Assembly (NCBI GenBank): GCA_907165135.1
Contig: OU015569.1
Location: forward strand, 6,386,001 to 6,450,000
Direction of reading: 5' to 3'
Source: Oikopleura dioica
Lineage: Eukaryota > Animalia > Chordata
Length of the DNA stretch: 64,000 bases
Every line of letters begins with the position of its first letter. Position 1 is the stretch's first letter. The position numbers and the translations under genes were made by a program. The notes below the pieces were generated by a model. The model saw nothing but the letters and a program-made list of their open reading frames with translations, did not search any database and was not told the origin of the DNA. Shown here in pieces: positions 50,449 through 61,906 of the stretch.

Positions 50449-51418
50449 TTGAACATCATCGGACAAATTCTTGCTCAGAGGCAATTCTCACAAAACGGCA
50501 CGCAGTCGGTTTTCTTCAAGATAGTTTCTTATAGCTCATCTTTATGGCTTCTCCTAAACAGTAAAGAAACAACTCGGAGAGCGAGCGCTAGAATATTTGA
50601 AGGAGAAGGGGAGACGCTCAACCCAGGCAGTATAACTGACGATGTTGACACTGACACGAACATATGATCAGGTTCTTCAACAACTTAATTTATTAGTTTC
50701 GATAAATTGTACAATTCAAGAACCTAGTCGAGTTTTCTTCCTTGTCGCCATCCAGAAATAAATTTTGCCGGCTCCGGATTTTTCAGAGAGGAGCCCAAGC
50801 GGATGATTTTCCTGTGCGAGGAGCATTTTGACTTTGAGATGCGCCAAGGCGACTTTAAAAACGTTGAGCAAACGCTCACGCATGAAATGATCCACTGGAT
50901 TGACTCGATTGATGGGAAAGACTTGACCAACACAGAGGCGCTATTCAAGTCGGAACTTCGAGCTGCGACGCTTTCTGGTCAATGTCTAGGTAATTTCCCG
51001 CTTTTTTGCTTTTTATGGGAATTCCATGGAAAACATGTTTTTAATCTCATACCCTGAACTACCTTTTAGACGGCTATTCTGGGGAGAATGAACTTTTCAA
51101 GAAAATATTCAATCATAGTCAGGGATTTAATTTTTCTGGCAGTAATTGATATTTTTCTGATAATTTATTCAAAGATATAGTAACATTACAGTATTAATTA
51201 TGATGCCTTTTCTCCTTGAAGCGCTTACATCCCACGAAAGATCAAAATGTGCAATAGAAAAAGCGCGCGAATCGCTGTCCTTGTCAAAGCTAGAATGCAA
51301 GCTAAAGCCAGATGAGCTGAAAAGTGCGTTATCAGAATGCCATCCCTGGCGTGATTGTCCCAGCACTCAACGAAGAGCGGACTTCCTTTACTCCCAGTCT
51401 AATAAATGCAACAATTGA
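50449..51418 (+). CDS. ATP23: ATP23/KUB3-like M76 metallopeptidase; start uncertain
   Basis: IFLCEE...VEQTLTHEMIHWID...FKSELRAATLSGQC matches the ATP23 HELIH...SEVRAANLSGDC pattern. Confidence 0.78.
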
Positions 51419-51859
51419 CTCATCCTCTTGACTCTCATTCTGTCGGCATGAACTTGGCTGAGTTGCGCACATAAAGAACAATTCATTGTGCCAAAGCCAT
51501 TTGCTCACTCGATTCGGAAGGTGCTGATCCGCAGCGCACAGGGCGCACATTACTGAAAGTTATTTTTGTGATGCGGCATACGTGGTACTTTCTTCTTCAG
51601 AAAGATTTTCGCTGATGACATGCTTCGATTTTCATCAATCACGCAAATCTTCCGCAAGCAGTTTACAGTTTTCATTCGCCTATTTACAGCACACAAGTTT
51701 TATTACTCAATGTCGAGAGTGCCGTTCCAAGGCATTTCTTCAGACACGAATTCCCTGATAATGACATGATTTGACACCAGAATAATTTTATTCAATAACA
51801 GTTGACAGAAGCAAGAGGCGATAAAAGGCGGTCATTTTTTGGACGAATAGTATAAAGTC

Positions 51860-52428
51860 TTAAAACTTCATCATTTTCATATCGTTTCTGTCAAGAATGC
51901 CTTCGAGCTTTGCGCGGTTGCTGCGGGCTTGCTCAAGAAGATCGTAGACGACATCATTGCAGGAGCCGTAATCCTAGTTTCCGTGATTAATTATCCAATT
52001 ATCAGCATTTTAAGACTTACTTTTTTCTCAACTTTGAGACTTCGGACGATGTTATCGGATCGGAGAATGATTCCGGTCATTTCCTGAAAGAAGAAAAAAA
52101 TTACGAAAAGACTCTTTGCCGAAATACCTTTCGCATTCTCAATGTCTCGGAGAAAGAGTGGTCCATCTTTTGGATGAAAGCTTCTCGGTCGCTAAGAGTG
52201 AAAGGCATCGTTTTTTTATTTGAAATTGGAATTAAAAAACTCTAGTAATCAGCCACTCTGCTGGAGTTGCACTGAGGGGTAAGAACTCGCCACTTTTCCC
52301 AGTTGTAACTAGTTTCAGCAGTTACTTCTTTCGCCACGCGAGGGAGACGTAAATCACGAGCAAAGGTGCTGATAAGCGCGCGACGAATAACGCCTGTAAT
52401 GATTGTAAATTTTAATTACTCAGCCCAT
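51860..52428 (-). CDS. Hypothetical small protein (multi-exon, possibly mitochondrial)
   Basis: A series of short exons with clear GT-AG junctions downstream (RMRK|EMTG...VEKK|DYGS...MMKF*) and an Arg-rich N-terminus (GVIRRALISTFARDLRLPR). One junction phase is ambiguous. Confidence 0.45.
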
Positions 52429-52771
52429 CAATTTCCCCAGGCGTTTATGATAGTAATACTGCTTGCAATCATAGAAGAGTGTATCAGTTTAAGGCAATAG
52501 TAATCAAGCGGGATAAAGAAACCCAATTAAACCCATTTATCGAAGAAAATCGAGCTTTTTCTCGATGCAGTTATATATTCCTGCGAAACTCCTAGAATAG
52601 AAAAACTTCAGAAAACATTAACTTATTAAATTATTCTGCTGAGGAGGATTTGCGAAAGTGTTAATTTACTCTCTGCCTTGTCATCAGGTCGTGATTTGTG
52701 TCCATTTGAACTTGTAAACCTTCAGTTCCAACTGTGATTTGTGCGAACAGCTGCCACTCACACAGGAAGTG

Positions 52772-53367
52772 AGACGATTTTCAATAAGGATTTCTGAGTG
52801 AAATCCTTACCCCCTTATTTTATTTGCTCATTGAAAAGAGCGTAAAAAGTTATCCCAGATTCCCCCGGAAAATGATGAAATTTTCGAAAAAATGATGAGA
52901 TGGCACGTGACTAAAGCCCAAAAAAACTCAAACTTTCCCGCTCGAGCATTTTCGACTCGTCTGAGCTAATAAGGCTTGTAATAGCTCAAAATGATCGTCT
53001 CTGCGAGCTCTTGGTGGGCATCAAGTTTTCATCCCTTTTCAACCCTTTTTTTAAATTTCTATTTTTCGAGCAATAGATAAAGGGATGAAAAAGGGTTGAA
53101 GAGGGATGAAAATATGATGCCCACCAAGAGCTCGCCAAGACGATCATTTTGAGCTATTACAAGCTCTTGTATCTCAGACGAGTCGAAAATGCCCGGGCGG
53201 GAAAGGTTTGGTACTTTTGGGACTTCAGTCACGTGCCATGACGCTATTTCTTCGGAAATTTCATCCTTTTCCGGGAAAATCTGGGATAACTTATTACGCT
53301 CTTTTCAATGAGCTAATAAAAAAGGGGGGTCAGGATTTCACTCAGAAATCGTTATTGAAAATCGTCT
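52772..53367. repeat. ~600-bp imperfect palindrome (foldback / MITE-like element)
   Basis: The left arm ~52772-53050 is the reverse complement of the right arm ~53088-53367 along its whole length. Examples: AGACGATTTTCAATAAGGATTTCTGAGTGAAATCCT vs AGGATTTCACTCAGAAATCGTTATTGAAAATCGTCT; GAGCTCTTGGTGGGCATCA vs TGATGCCCACCAAGAGCTC. Confidence 0.93.
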
Positions 53368-53748
53368 GAACTTTAATAAAAATAATGGCGATCGGTTTCT
53401 GAATGATCCGAGACTCTCGGGCCGATAAATCTTCTTCATCTTGAAATGACGAAAGTAGAACGAGACAAAGTAAGATTTAGACATCCTCCTGACAATGGTG
53501 GCTCTAGCGACTCTGATTCTGACGATTCCGGCTGACGAATTCCGAGAAAAAATTACGCGCTCTTCGATCAAGAACTGCGTGTTGTCTCTGTCTAAGATTA
53601 TTTCATCAAGAATTCAATCAAAAAATTCATCAAAAATTATTGCGAAATAGAGTTTTTCTTTCCTTAGTTGTTCAAACTCGAGCGTCTCCTTTTTCCAAGT
53701 TTTTCGAGCCGACTTTGACTTTCTCGAAACTTTTTCTTCGATTTTGGC

Positions 53749-53756
53749 TATAAAAG
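53749..53756 (+). promoter_or_regulatory. TATA box candidate
   Basis: GGCTATAAAAGG about 100 nt upstream of ATG 53856. Confidence 0.5.
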
Positions 53757-53855
53757 GAGCGGCAAATCAGGGAATCTCACCACTTTATTCGATCAGAAAT
53801 CAGAAAAAAACTCAGAAAATTCATTTTTTTTCCTCAACTCTGAAATTCATTTGCT

Positions 53856-55189
53856 ATGGATACGCGAAGTAAGAGCAAAACTCAAGCCGACGTTGGAGGC
53901 GAAACCGCGAAAGGGATGGAAAAGTTAGGGTTCTCAATAAAGTTTCTTAATAAGATTTGATTTGTTCAAATTTTCATATAAAAATTTCAATTTGAATAAA
54001 TTTTGAACCTGTCGAAGAAGCCAGCAAAACGCCGCAGCCAGCTTGAAATGCCACCTCCAACCACGGTCCCAAAGAGTTCGAAAAACTCCTCCCAAAAGAG
54101 CAACAAGCCTCCACGAGTCCAAGCTTCATCTCCAAAGATCCAAGAGCAAGATCAAAAAGAGAAGAAGAAGAAGCGAATGAGCTTGGTGGCGACGATGAAA
54201 GAATTCGGCGCCAAGGAGCCAATGATGGAGGAAGAGCAAGCGGCCGATAATGTGGAACTACCTGAAGCAATTACCTTCGACGAGTTTCGCACGATGGACA
54301 TCTTGACAGATAACGGCTTACGCGAGTTCTGCAAAAAAGTTGCTGATGTTCGCGGTAATTCTTTATTATTTTTAATTTTATAGACATTTTGGACACTTTA
54401 GAACTCGAAAAAGCAGTTGCCTTTCTGGACGAGAAAAATGCTGCATTGGAAAAGAACATCAAAGCTGAAAAAGGTATTTGTAAAAAACTAGAAGGCATCT
54501 GATGAGTTCTTTTAAGTTGCCTTGAAGCTTGAGACGGACGAGTTTTTCCTGACGGAGAATGCGATCGAAAAGTATGAAAAGAAGCTGGAGCATTCAATCG
54601 AGAGGCTTGAAGATTCCATCGAGACCGTAGAGGTACTGGATTTTAGAATGAGTTACAGTTACTGATTTTCTTTTCGTAGTCGATTCGACGTCTCCAGACG
54701 AGGTTGGTCAAAGCTGATTCGGCTGTGCGAGTCCTGACTCAGACTGTCAAAAGGTAAAGCTTTGTTAAAAATGAACAAAACATAGCGACTTACAATTTAG
54801 ATCGGCCCAGATTGAAACTGAACGAATCCTGCAGATTCGAAATAATGGACTCGTGGCGATGGAAGCTAAGGAATGGGTATTGACTCAAGACTCTTGACAT
54901 TTCAAACAACTCATTTTTGGAGTAAAGAATTAGTTAGACCTAATTGAAGACTGCGAACTTGGAGGATTACCTCGCTTACCAGAAGGTAATCAAAGGGATC
55001 TCGATGGAAAAGAAGCCCATGACCCGGAACCAGATGATCGTCTGGCTCATCGAGAAGAGCAATTCGCCTTCCACGGAAGAACCGGCAAAGACTATTCCGC
55101 CTGGAGAACAAAACAACAACGATTCGGACCAACGAGCTGCTTCTTCAGAGATCGGAAAACCAGAAGCAAATGCGAAAAAGAGAAGATGA
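53856..55189 (+). CDS. Orphan multi-exon charged/coiled-coil protein
   Basis: ATG at 53856. Successive short exons are separated by ~40-60-nt intron-like gaps (K-rich segment, LEKAVAFLDEKNAALEKNIK, IEKYEKKLEHSIERLEDSIE) and end NAKKRR*. AATAAA near 55350. No family recognised. Confidence 0.5.
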
Positions 55190-56717
55190 TCCGCCAAGCC
55201 ATCTCTCAAGAATCATCTGGCCCGGAAACTGACCATCAAATGTCCGACTTTTCGGACATCTCCAGCACTCAGAGCCCAAATCGCGAGACCCAAGAAAACT
55301 AAAAGTTTTGTCTGACCATAACTGTGTCCCAGTTGAGCATTTTTCAAAAATAAAACCTCAAAAACCTATAGTTTCATGACAATTGTCTTTTATATATTCA
55401 CTTGATCGAGTTGTCATAATTTTGCAAACTGACCGAGTTTATAAGAGTCCATTAGACGAGTAAATAAAACACTTTGTAAAATCCATTGGGATGCTTGATT
55501 TTCCGTGAGTTGATGTTAACTCGACATGAATGTCGATGAAAATTCTTTTTGAAAATCGTCAGATACGATATTTTCGAGGGTCGAAAACATCGAGAAAATA
55601 GACAATAAGGCGGACAGCCCTGGAGGGGGGAGTTGCCTCACTGAGTTTTGCGTTGAAGGTGACCGAGGACAGTCTGAGTTGAGTCCGACTTGCTCGGCGT
55701 ATGAGAGCACGGCTCAACGCGTGGGCAACAGTGAGAAATTCCCCCGTGTCCGCGACTCGCGTTATGTAATCGTGCAACCCTCCCAGCGAATAAAAATATA
55801 AAAAGGACAAAGAAATTTCCACCGCAGATTGAGGGAGAGAGAAAGGACAGCTGTCTTTGGAAGGAGAATGGCCAGCAAGCGGCCCAGGCGCAATGTGACA
55901 ACTAGAATCTCCCATCTCGAAGGACCGAAGGAAGGCGTCGAAGGCTTCTCTTTCAGTCAGGTATAGTTCTCAATATATCCATGATCCATTCAGTAGGCAT
56001 CTAGTTTTAATAATATTAGATTGTAGCAGCTGTGTTAGGGCCGTTTATCGACTGTATTCGATGATTTTAATGTGCCTCAAAGGATTAGTTGAGCCTATCA
56101 ATTCCCCCTCTTACAGGAAGTCATTCGGAGTGGTCGGATAACATCTGAAAGCGGGAAAAGACCAATTCGATCTTTCAGAGTTCATCTCATCATTCTTCTT
56201 TACTACGATGCGATGATAATTTTCCACTCCAAAACGAGTCCTTTTCAAAAGACGAAATCGATGAATAATCAACTGTAGATAGAATTACAGTTATTTTACT
56301 AAGATCATAACACTAATTTTGTTTTTGTTTGGACTATTTCTGGTTCTTTTCGAACTTTTCAGCGCTGTGCGAAGTGCTGATATTCGCTGCCTTAGCCTCG
56401 GGATATCAGCAGTCTCACTTCAGCGATTTTTTCTGTCGTTTCGAGATCGGCTTGGTACTCGATTGTTGACACTGGTAAAACTAATCGATTAATTGCGATA
56501 AATATTCTGATTCCTAGTATGTTGTGGAATAGGATATGAAAATGGTAAGCATACCGGGAAGGTCGAGCTTTTGATTGCGGATCTTGGGTAATATTGGCAG
56601 TAGGCCAACTCTGAACAGCTCGATTCATGATCTTCTTAAAACAATCCCAAGAAGGTTTTTTTTTATTTTATGAAATGGCGCTTTTTATTGACTAACGAGT
56701 ATTTTTAGCTGAAAGAG

Positions 56718-58315
56718 ATGAAACATGGTGTTCTGCTGCAGAAGTTCTCGCGACTTGAGAACAGCACGAAAAAACTTTCCTGTTGCTTTCCAACTTCTTG
56801 CAAATGCCCTTTCGAAACTACCCATTCAGAGTGGAACTCGCTCCTCTCACATCTTTTGCAGCATCGTCAAGAATGCCTTCGACGAGGAAAGAAAAACCCC
56901 CGATTCTTCGAGACGATGACTTTCCACTCTGTCCCAAAGAAAGAGCAGGTTGGATTTCATTCATCCATCAAAGGGGCTCATTATTTTCATTTTCAGCCGC
57001 CGTTCAGCTATTTCGACGAAGACGGCACTGCCAAGTCGAGAACTCAGAACGCAGAGAGCGAGGAGGACCATCTTGCACTCTTTCTTGCCGCGCTCAATCT
57101 CCGTCGTAGCGATCCAACCAAACCTGCAAAGATATTAAATAATACCAGCCACAACTTCAAGTAACGGGGCTTTTGACTTGTCGCTTTCTATTCCGATGAT
57201 TTTACCAAGCAATTTCTTGATTCAATCTACCAAGAAAAAAATACTGCTATTATAAAGCCTTATTGAAGAGATACTGCCATATGGCGAGAGGAAATCGGAT
57301 CGAAGCGGTCGAGACCTCTCCAGAAGGAATGGAGTCCAGCCTGGGGTACCTTTCTTCTCATTCCCTTTCTAAGAGCGCCGCTCACTCTCCATCAATCGAC
57401 AGCCATCGTCGCGTGTCCATTTTCAACCCTATGACGAAAGAATCGCGACCCTCTGTTATCCAACTTTCGCCTGCCGAACCCGTACCCAAGCCCATCTCAA
57501 CCGACGCCGAGTTAATCCCAGAAACGAACGCTTCACTGCGAGCGCTAGGCCCGAACATCACAATTCGGCCAATGGCAGAACCTGATCCAGAGTCTTGGAA
57601 GCACACACTGCATGCAATCTGCTACCCGTTAGTGTAAAATGTTTGATAAAACGCTAATACTCATTTGTAGAGACGATAAAGATGACTTCTTCCCTTGCTT
57701 ACATCTGCCAGAGACCACAGAAATTGCTTCTCGTGTGTCCGTCATCCGGGAGAACCCGATTTTAGCTGAAAAACCTGCCCCACTAATAAACAAAGATCCC
57801 ATTGATCCTGCCACGATAGAGGAAGACCTTCGCCGGCTTCGTCTTATTCAGAGTCTCTTCGATAAGAATCAAAATCTGAATGATGACGAAGAGTTTTTTG
57901 AGCTCAAGAAAACCCCACAAAAGCGTCCAATCCAGGAAGTCGCTGCGAATTCCATCACCAAACGATTACAGGTTAGTTTTTGCCTATCAAAAGGGTTCTT
58001 CATTTTCGTTTTAGCCCGTTCAACAAGACAGCATTTTCTCCATCGAGCAGACATTTGGCACTCGACGAAACACCCGGTATGAAAAGAATCGTTTAGAAAG
58101 AGATCACATTCGAATTAAGTCGCGTTTCTGACGTCTTTGGGTACGGCGCTGGAACTGACAATGACCTTGAAGCTGCCCTGAAAGCATCTCTAGAAGACAG
58201 CAACGCGAACATTACATCACCTGCCAATACAAGCGGCGTAAAGCCACGAAAAATCCGCCGGGGTCATGCAGCCCGAAAATCAGGTGGCCAAATTATGACT
58301 GAAGTTTCCACATAA
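56718..58315 (+). CDS. Orphan protein with a possible C2H2-like finger and a UIM-like motif
   Basis: Several long open exons. N-terminal CFPTSCKCPF...LLSHLLQH and near-terminal DNDLEAALKASLED. The last junction is not resolved. Confidence 0.5.
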
Positions 58316-59032
58316 ACGCCTTCCTTTACCCTCAATCGTTTTCGACCGAACACATACGGTAGCGGAAAGAGATCAGTTTGGTCTATTTAACGTAGAACTG
58401 GTTGCACCCTTATCTTCATCTGTCTTAAGTTATATTTTATAACTTGTCTACATTATTACGCGGAGTTATTTTGCCTTCCCTAATTTAAAGTATTTATTTT
58501 TTGTTTCCCCTTTCTATGACTTTAGCTCGCCAATCTTCTCATAGCATTTTATTTTCCATTCGTCTACATTTGCGTGCTTCTCTCATTTTTTAGAATTTTC
58601 ATGTTGAGTTTACATGAAAATATGAACAACTTTTTGGTTGCTTGTCACGTCTTTAAAAATTTATTGCTCTCTAGTTCCATTTAACTATCAGTTATCATTA
58701 GTGAAATTTTTTCAATTAGAGAATCTTTTTCTACACTTAGCCTTCTTAACGGAACTTACTTCTCTCTCATTTATCGACACACATTTTATCAACTTCACTC
58801 GTTGTAAGAGCGCGTTCGCAAGAACTCTTAAATCTTTGACCCAATTCGCTTGAAACTTATGAACTGTGTTTCCGCTTTGTTTCGCCCCCAAACTTCAACC
58901 TATCTCATTGTATAACTTGGGTATGATGCATTGTCTTCTCTCTTTCAATGCATAAACCGTTACTAAGGGATAAAGTAATCGATCGATGACTTTACCCTTA
59001 ATAAAATAATTTAAGTGTTAGCCATTGTGTCT

Positions 59033-60618
59033 TTATTTGCATGCGCAGGCTGTACAACAGGCACAGGTAGCAACAAGGCAGGCGCAACGAGCTTGCCAAG
59101 TTTTGTCGTATAATGCCTCTCGATTGAGGTTCTCAGAACGCTGGTAAAAATGCTTGAATAAGACTAAGATCGAGAGTAAATACCTGGTTTTCGATATCTT
59201 CTTCCATTCTTTGCTCGAGTCCTTTTCGGAGTTCTTCTTCCATTTCGCTAGCTTCAAGTTTTGGTGCAGAGTCGTAGATGTTCCACGCTTCTTTTTGGTA
59301 CTTTTTCACCTTATCGTCGAACTCGTCCGTCTCAAGGAAGTCATATTTTCTCGGTGTATCTCGTCGGCTCTCGGGCATATCGGGAAGAATATTCTCGATC
59401 TTTGAGTTCCAGTAATTTGCAGCCCGTTTGGTTGCCTAAAAAATTCTCCAATATGCATTGATGAAGTCACATATCACTCACTTTTCCGTGGCTGACTTTA
59501 GAGTATGCAGAGTAAAGCGATTCAGGACTTTCGATTTGTCCACTCTCAAACACTTCTTTCAGCATTTCCACTTGGTCGATGAAATCCTCACAATTCATGT
59601 TGTTTCCGAGCGGATCCGTCTTGATTACTGGACATACAGACTGGTCGTCTGTGGAGTCGTTGCAAACGTAAGGGATCAGTTCTTCAAGGGTCGTTCTAAA
59701 TTCTTCATCAAGTCGACCAAATTGGCCCTCAAAATCTTCGTCCCGCAGGCAACTTCCAGGGTGTCGCATCGTCGAACAAATAAGCTTTTTGAAGGAATTT
59801 TTGATGCTTATCAATAGTTAGGAACCTATAAATTTTGTATATCACCTTTGTACAAGTTCACTCCCTTCTTCGGAATCGCTGCAATCTTCCATTGTTTGCA
59901 TAAGAATACTTGTACCAGCTTCGAGTCCGAGCTCATCATCTAGATCCCAGTCACGAATGACAAAAGCGAGCTGCTGGAAAGGCGTGAGCTCGGCTTATTT
60001 AAATCTTTGTTTTTAGAAGTTATGAGATTTTTCTTACCATTAGGATTCATATCGATGATCATCTTTCCAAAGGAAGCAAATAGGCGAAGATGCTCAAGGT
60101 CATTTCTTGTCATATTTCCTCTAAACAAAAAATCTGATTACGATAATAATTCGTATGCACGACCTGATATTGTATAGCTGCATTGACGAGAGGAGAAGCG
60201 AGATAGCAAAAATTGCCACCGATTCGGCATAGTCCGAGTTCATCGAAAAGATTCCCTGCGTGTCGAGAACAACAACGACAACTGGGCCGTGAACTGCGTG
60301 CTCGAATTCGAAAATCTCGTCGAAAATGTCAATCCCATCTGTGACTGGATCCCGAGTTCGGATTGACTTGAAGCCTGCCAGTGACTCTTCAGCATTGTCT
60401 TCGTTTTGCAGGAATTCCGAGAATGACTCCTTGCTGCCACAGTTGAGATATTTTAGAACCCAGTTCTGCAGGAAGGACTTTCCTGTTCGAAAAGCTCCGG
60501 AGATCGAGATAACAGAAATCAGTTTTTCTTTGTGAGGCTCAAGAAGAGCTGCAAGTGAGTCCAAATGAAATTCAATCTTCCCCTCTTCCTCATTGTGAGA
60601 GACTAGGTCCAGAACCAT
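59033..60618 (-). CDS. ATL: Atlastin-like GTPase (GB1/RHD3 family) with a Cys-rich tail
   Basis: SVISISGAFRTGKSFL (P-loop), GFKS...TDGI, VLDTQGIF, LSSMQLYN, DLEHLRLF, PFQQLAFVIRDW, then a helical bundle region. The last exon 59033-59140 encodes ...ARCACLVATCACCTACACK*. Confidence 0.88.
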
Positions 60619-60995
60619 TTTCAATGCTTCTTATATCTTCAATTTCTCTGCTTGAATTATAGAGCGATTTAGTTCTGGGTATTTGATCTTCAATAATATC
60701 GACAAATGCAAACATCGACGTATTCCTGTGACTAGGCAAGGTAAATATTTCTGCAACAAAGTTTACTGAAAATGATTCGTTTGTCTCCGGCAAAAATAAC
60801 ATCAGCTTTATTGAAATACCTTGAGTAAAACTCGTTGTTTCGAAGGCTCAAATTGTTACTTGCCACTAAAAAGCTATGGTGATGTTTTTCTCCATAAAAA
60901 TATTGAGGGAACTTGAGTTATTTGCCTTTACGTATTTATTTGTTTGTTAGTCCTAATAGAAAAAATTCCCCACTTTAGCACATTCAAATAATATC

Positions 60996-61138
60996 ATGAG
61001 GCGGGTGTGTCCACGAAGCTTGAGCGATTTAAAATCATTGCAGAAAGGAAAACTAAATTTTGTAAATGGAAAGAGAATCGATGGCTCAGGCAAAAGCTTT
61101 GACGTTTATCAGCCAAGAAATGGAGAAGTTCTTTGCAG
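60996..61138 (+). CDS. 5' fragment of an ALDH9A1-like aldehyde dehydrogenase, interrupted by an LTR element
   Basis: LNFVNGKRIDGSGKSFDVYQPRNGEVLC is a typical ALDH N-terminus. Similarity stops at the inferred LTR start. Confidence 0.65.
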
Positions 61139-61394
61139 TATTGGGATCTTAGATTCGTTAGACTCCCTCGTCCCCTAAGGTCACTTGCTTATCTAGATCG
61201 AGCTTTGCTCGGTCGCCGCCGTGTATTTCTCTCCATTCGGTAATTCACGCAGTTCGTGAATTAACCTCTATTTTACTCCAGCTCGAAATACAGACGTCAA
61301 AGATACTTTACTCGTTTTCTTCACTCGTCCAGATATAGAGAGCAGGCAAACTACGCTAGAAGTGGGAGATTCAGCAGAAGCTAGGATCCCTTCA
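61139..61394 (+). repeat. Putative 5' LTR (~256 bp)
   Basis: Ends in CA just before the PBS. The start TATTGGGATCTTAG is an imperfect inverted repeat of the end CTAGGATCCCTTCA. The left boundary is inferred because the 3' LTR lies outside the window. Confidence 0.6.
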
Positions 61395-61395
61395 G

Positions 61396-61406
61396 TGGTA
61401 TCAGAG
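61396..61406 (+). promoter_or_regulatory. Primer-binding site, initiator tRNA-Met type
   Basis: TGGTATCAGAG starts 1 nt after the terminal CA of the LTR. Confidence 0.8.
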
Positions 61407-61906
61407 TAGTCCCGTTGGAGAAAAGATAAATTTTTCCGCCATCGACAACCGAAGTTTCGCAACTTGGACGCTGATTGGCCGTCAGCGGAGTCGAGGGGAA
61501 CCGAATCACCAACCGCCACCGCGCCGCCGGAGAAACTCCACTCAGAGAATTTTCCGCACCACACCAACACCACCCCGAGCGAGCGCCACCGCACGAGCGC
61601 CACCACGACCCACGCGCCGAAAGTCGCGCCCACGCAACCACGCACGCACGCCGGGGAAAACCTAAAATACTGAGAAAAACATAATTCTTTCGCCACTTTT
61701 CACCAAAAATCGAGAGAAGTTTACGAAGAATCGACCCTTGGACCAGACCTTGAAATTTCGACAATCGCTGGACAGAGAAATCGTCGGGCGTTTGCGCAAA
61801 AAGGCACCTCAGCTCATCATATTGCGACTTTTAGTCGCAGTATTTTCTGAGGGCCTGAAAGGTAATCCAAGGCCCATAAACCCTTACTGCCGATATATTT
61901 CGAGCT

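Noticed and set aside
55516-56630. Minus-strand open stretches (LTEREAFDAFLRSFEMGD...)
   Set aside because: May be coding, but I could not build a consistent start-to-stop model or recognise a family.
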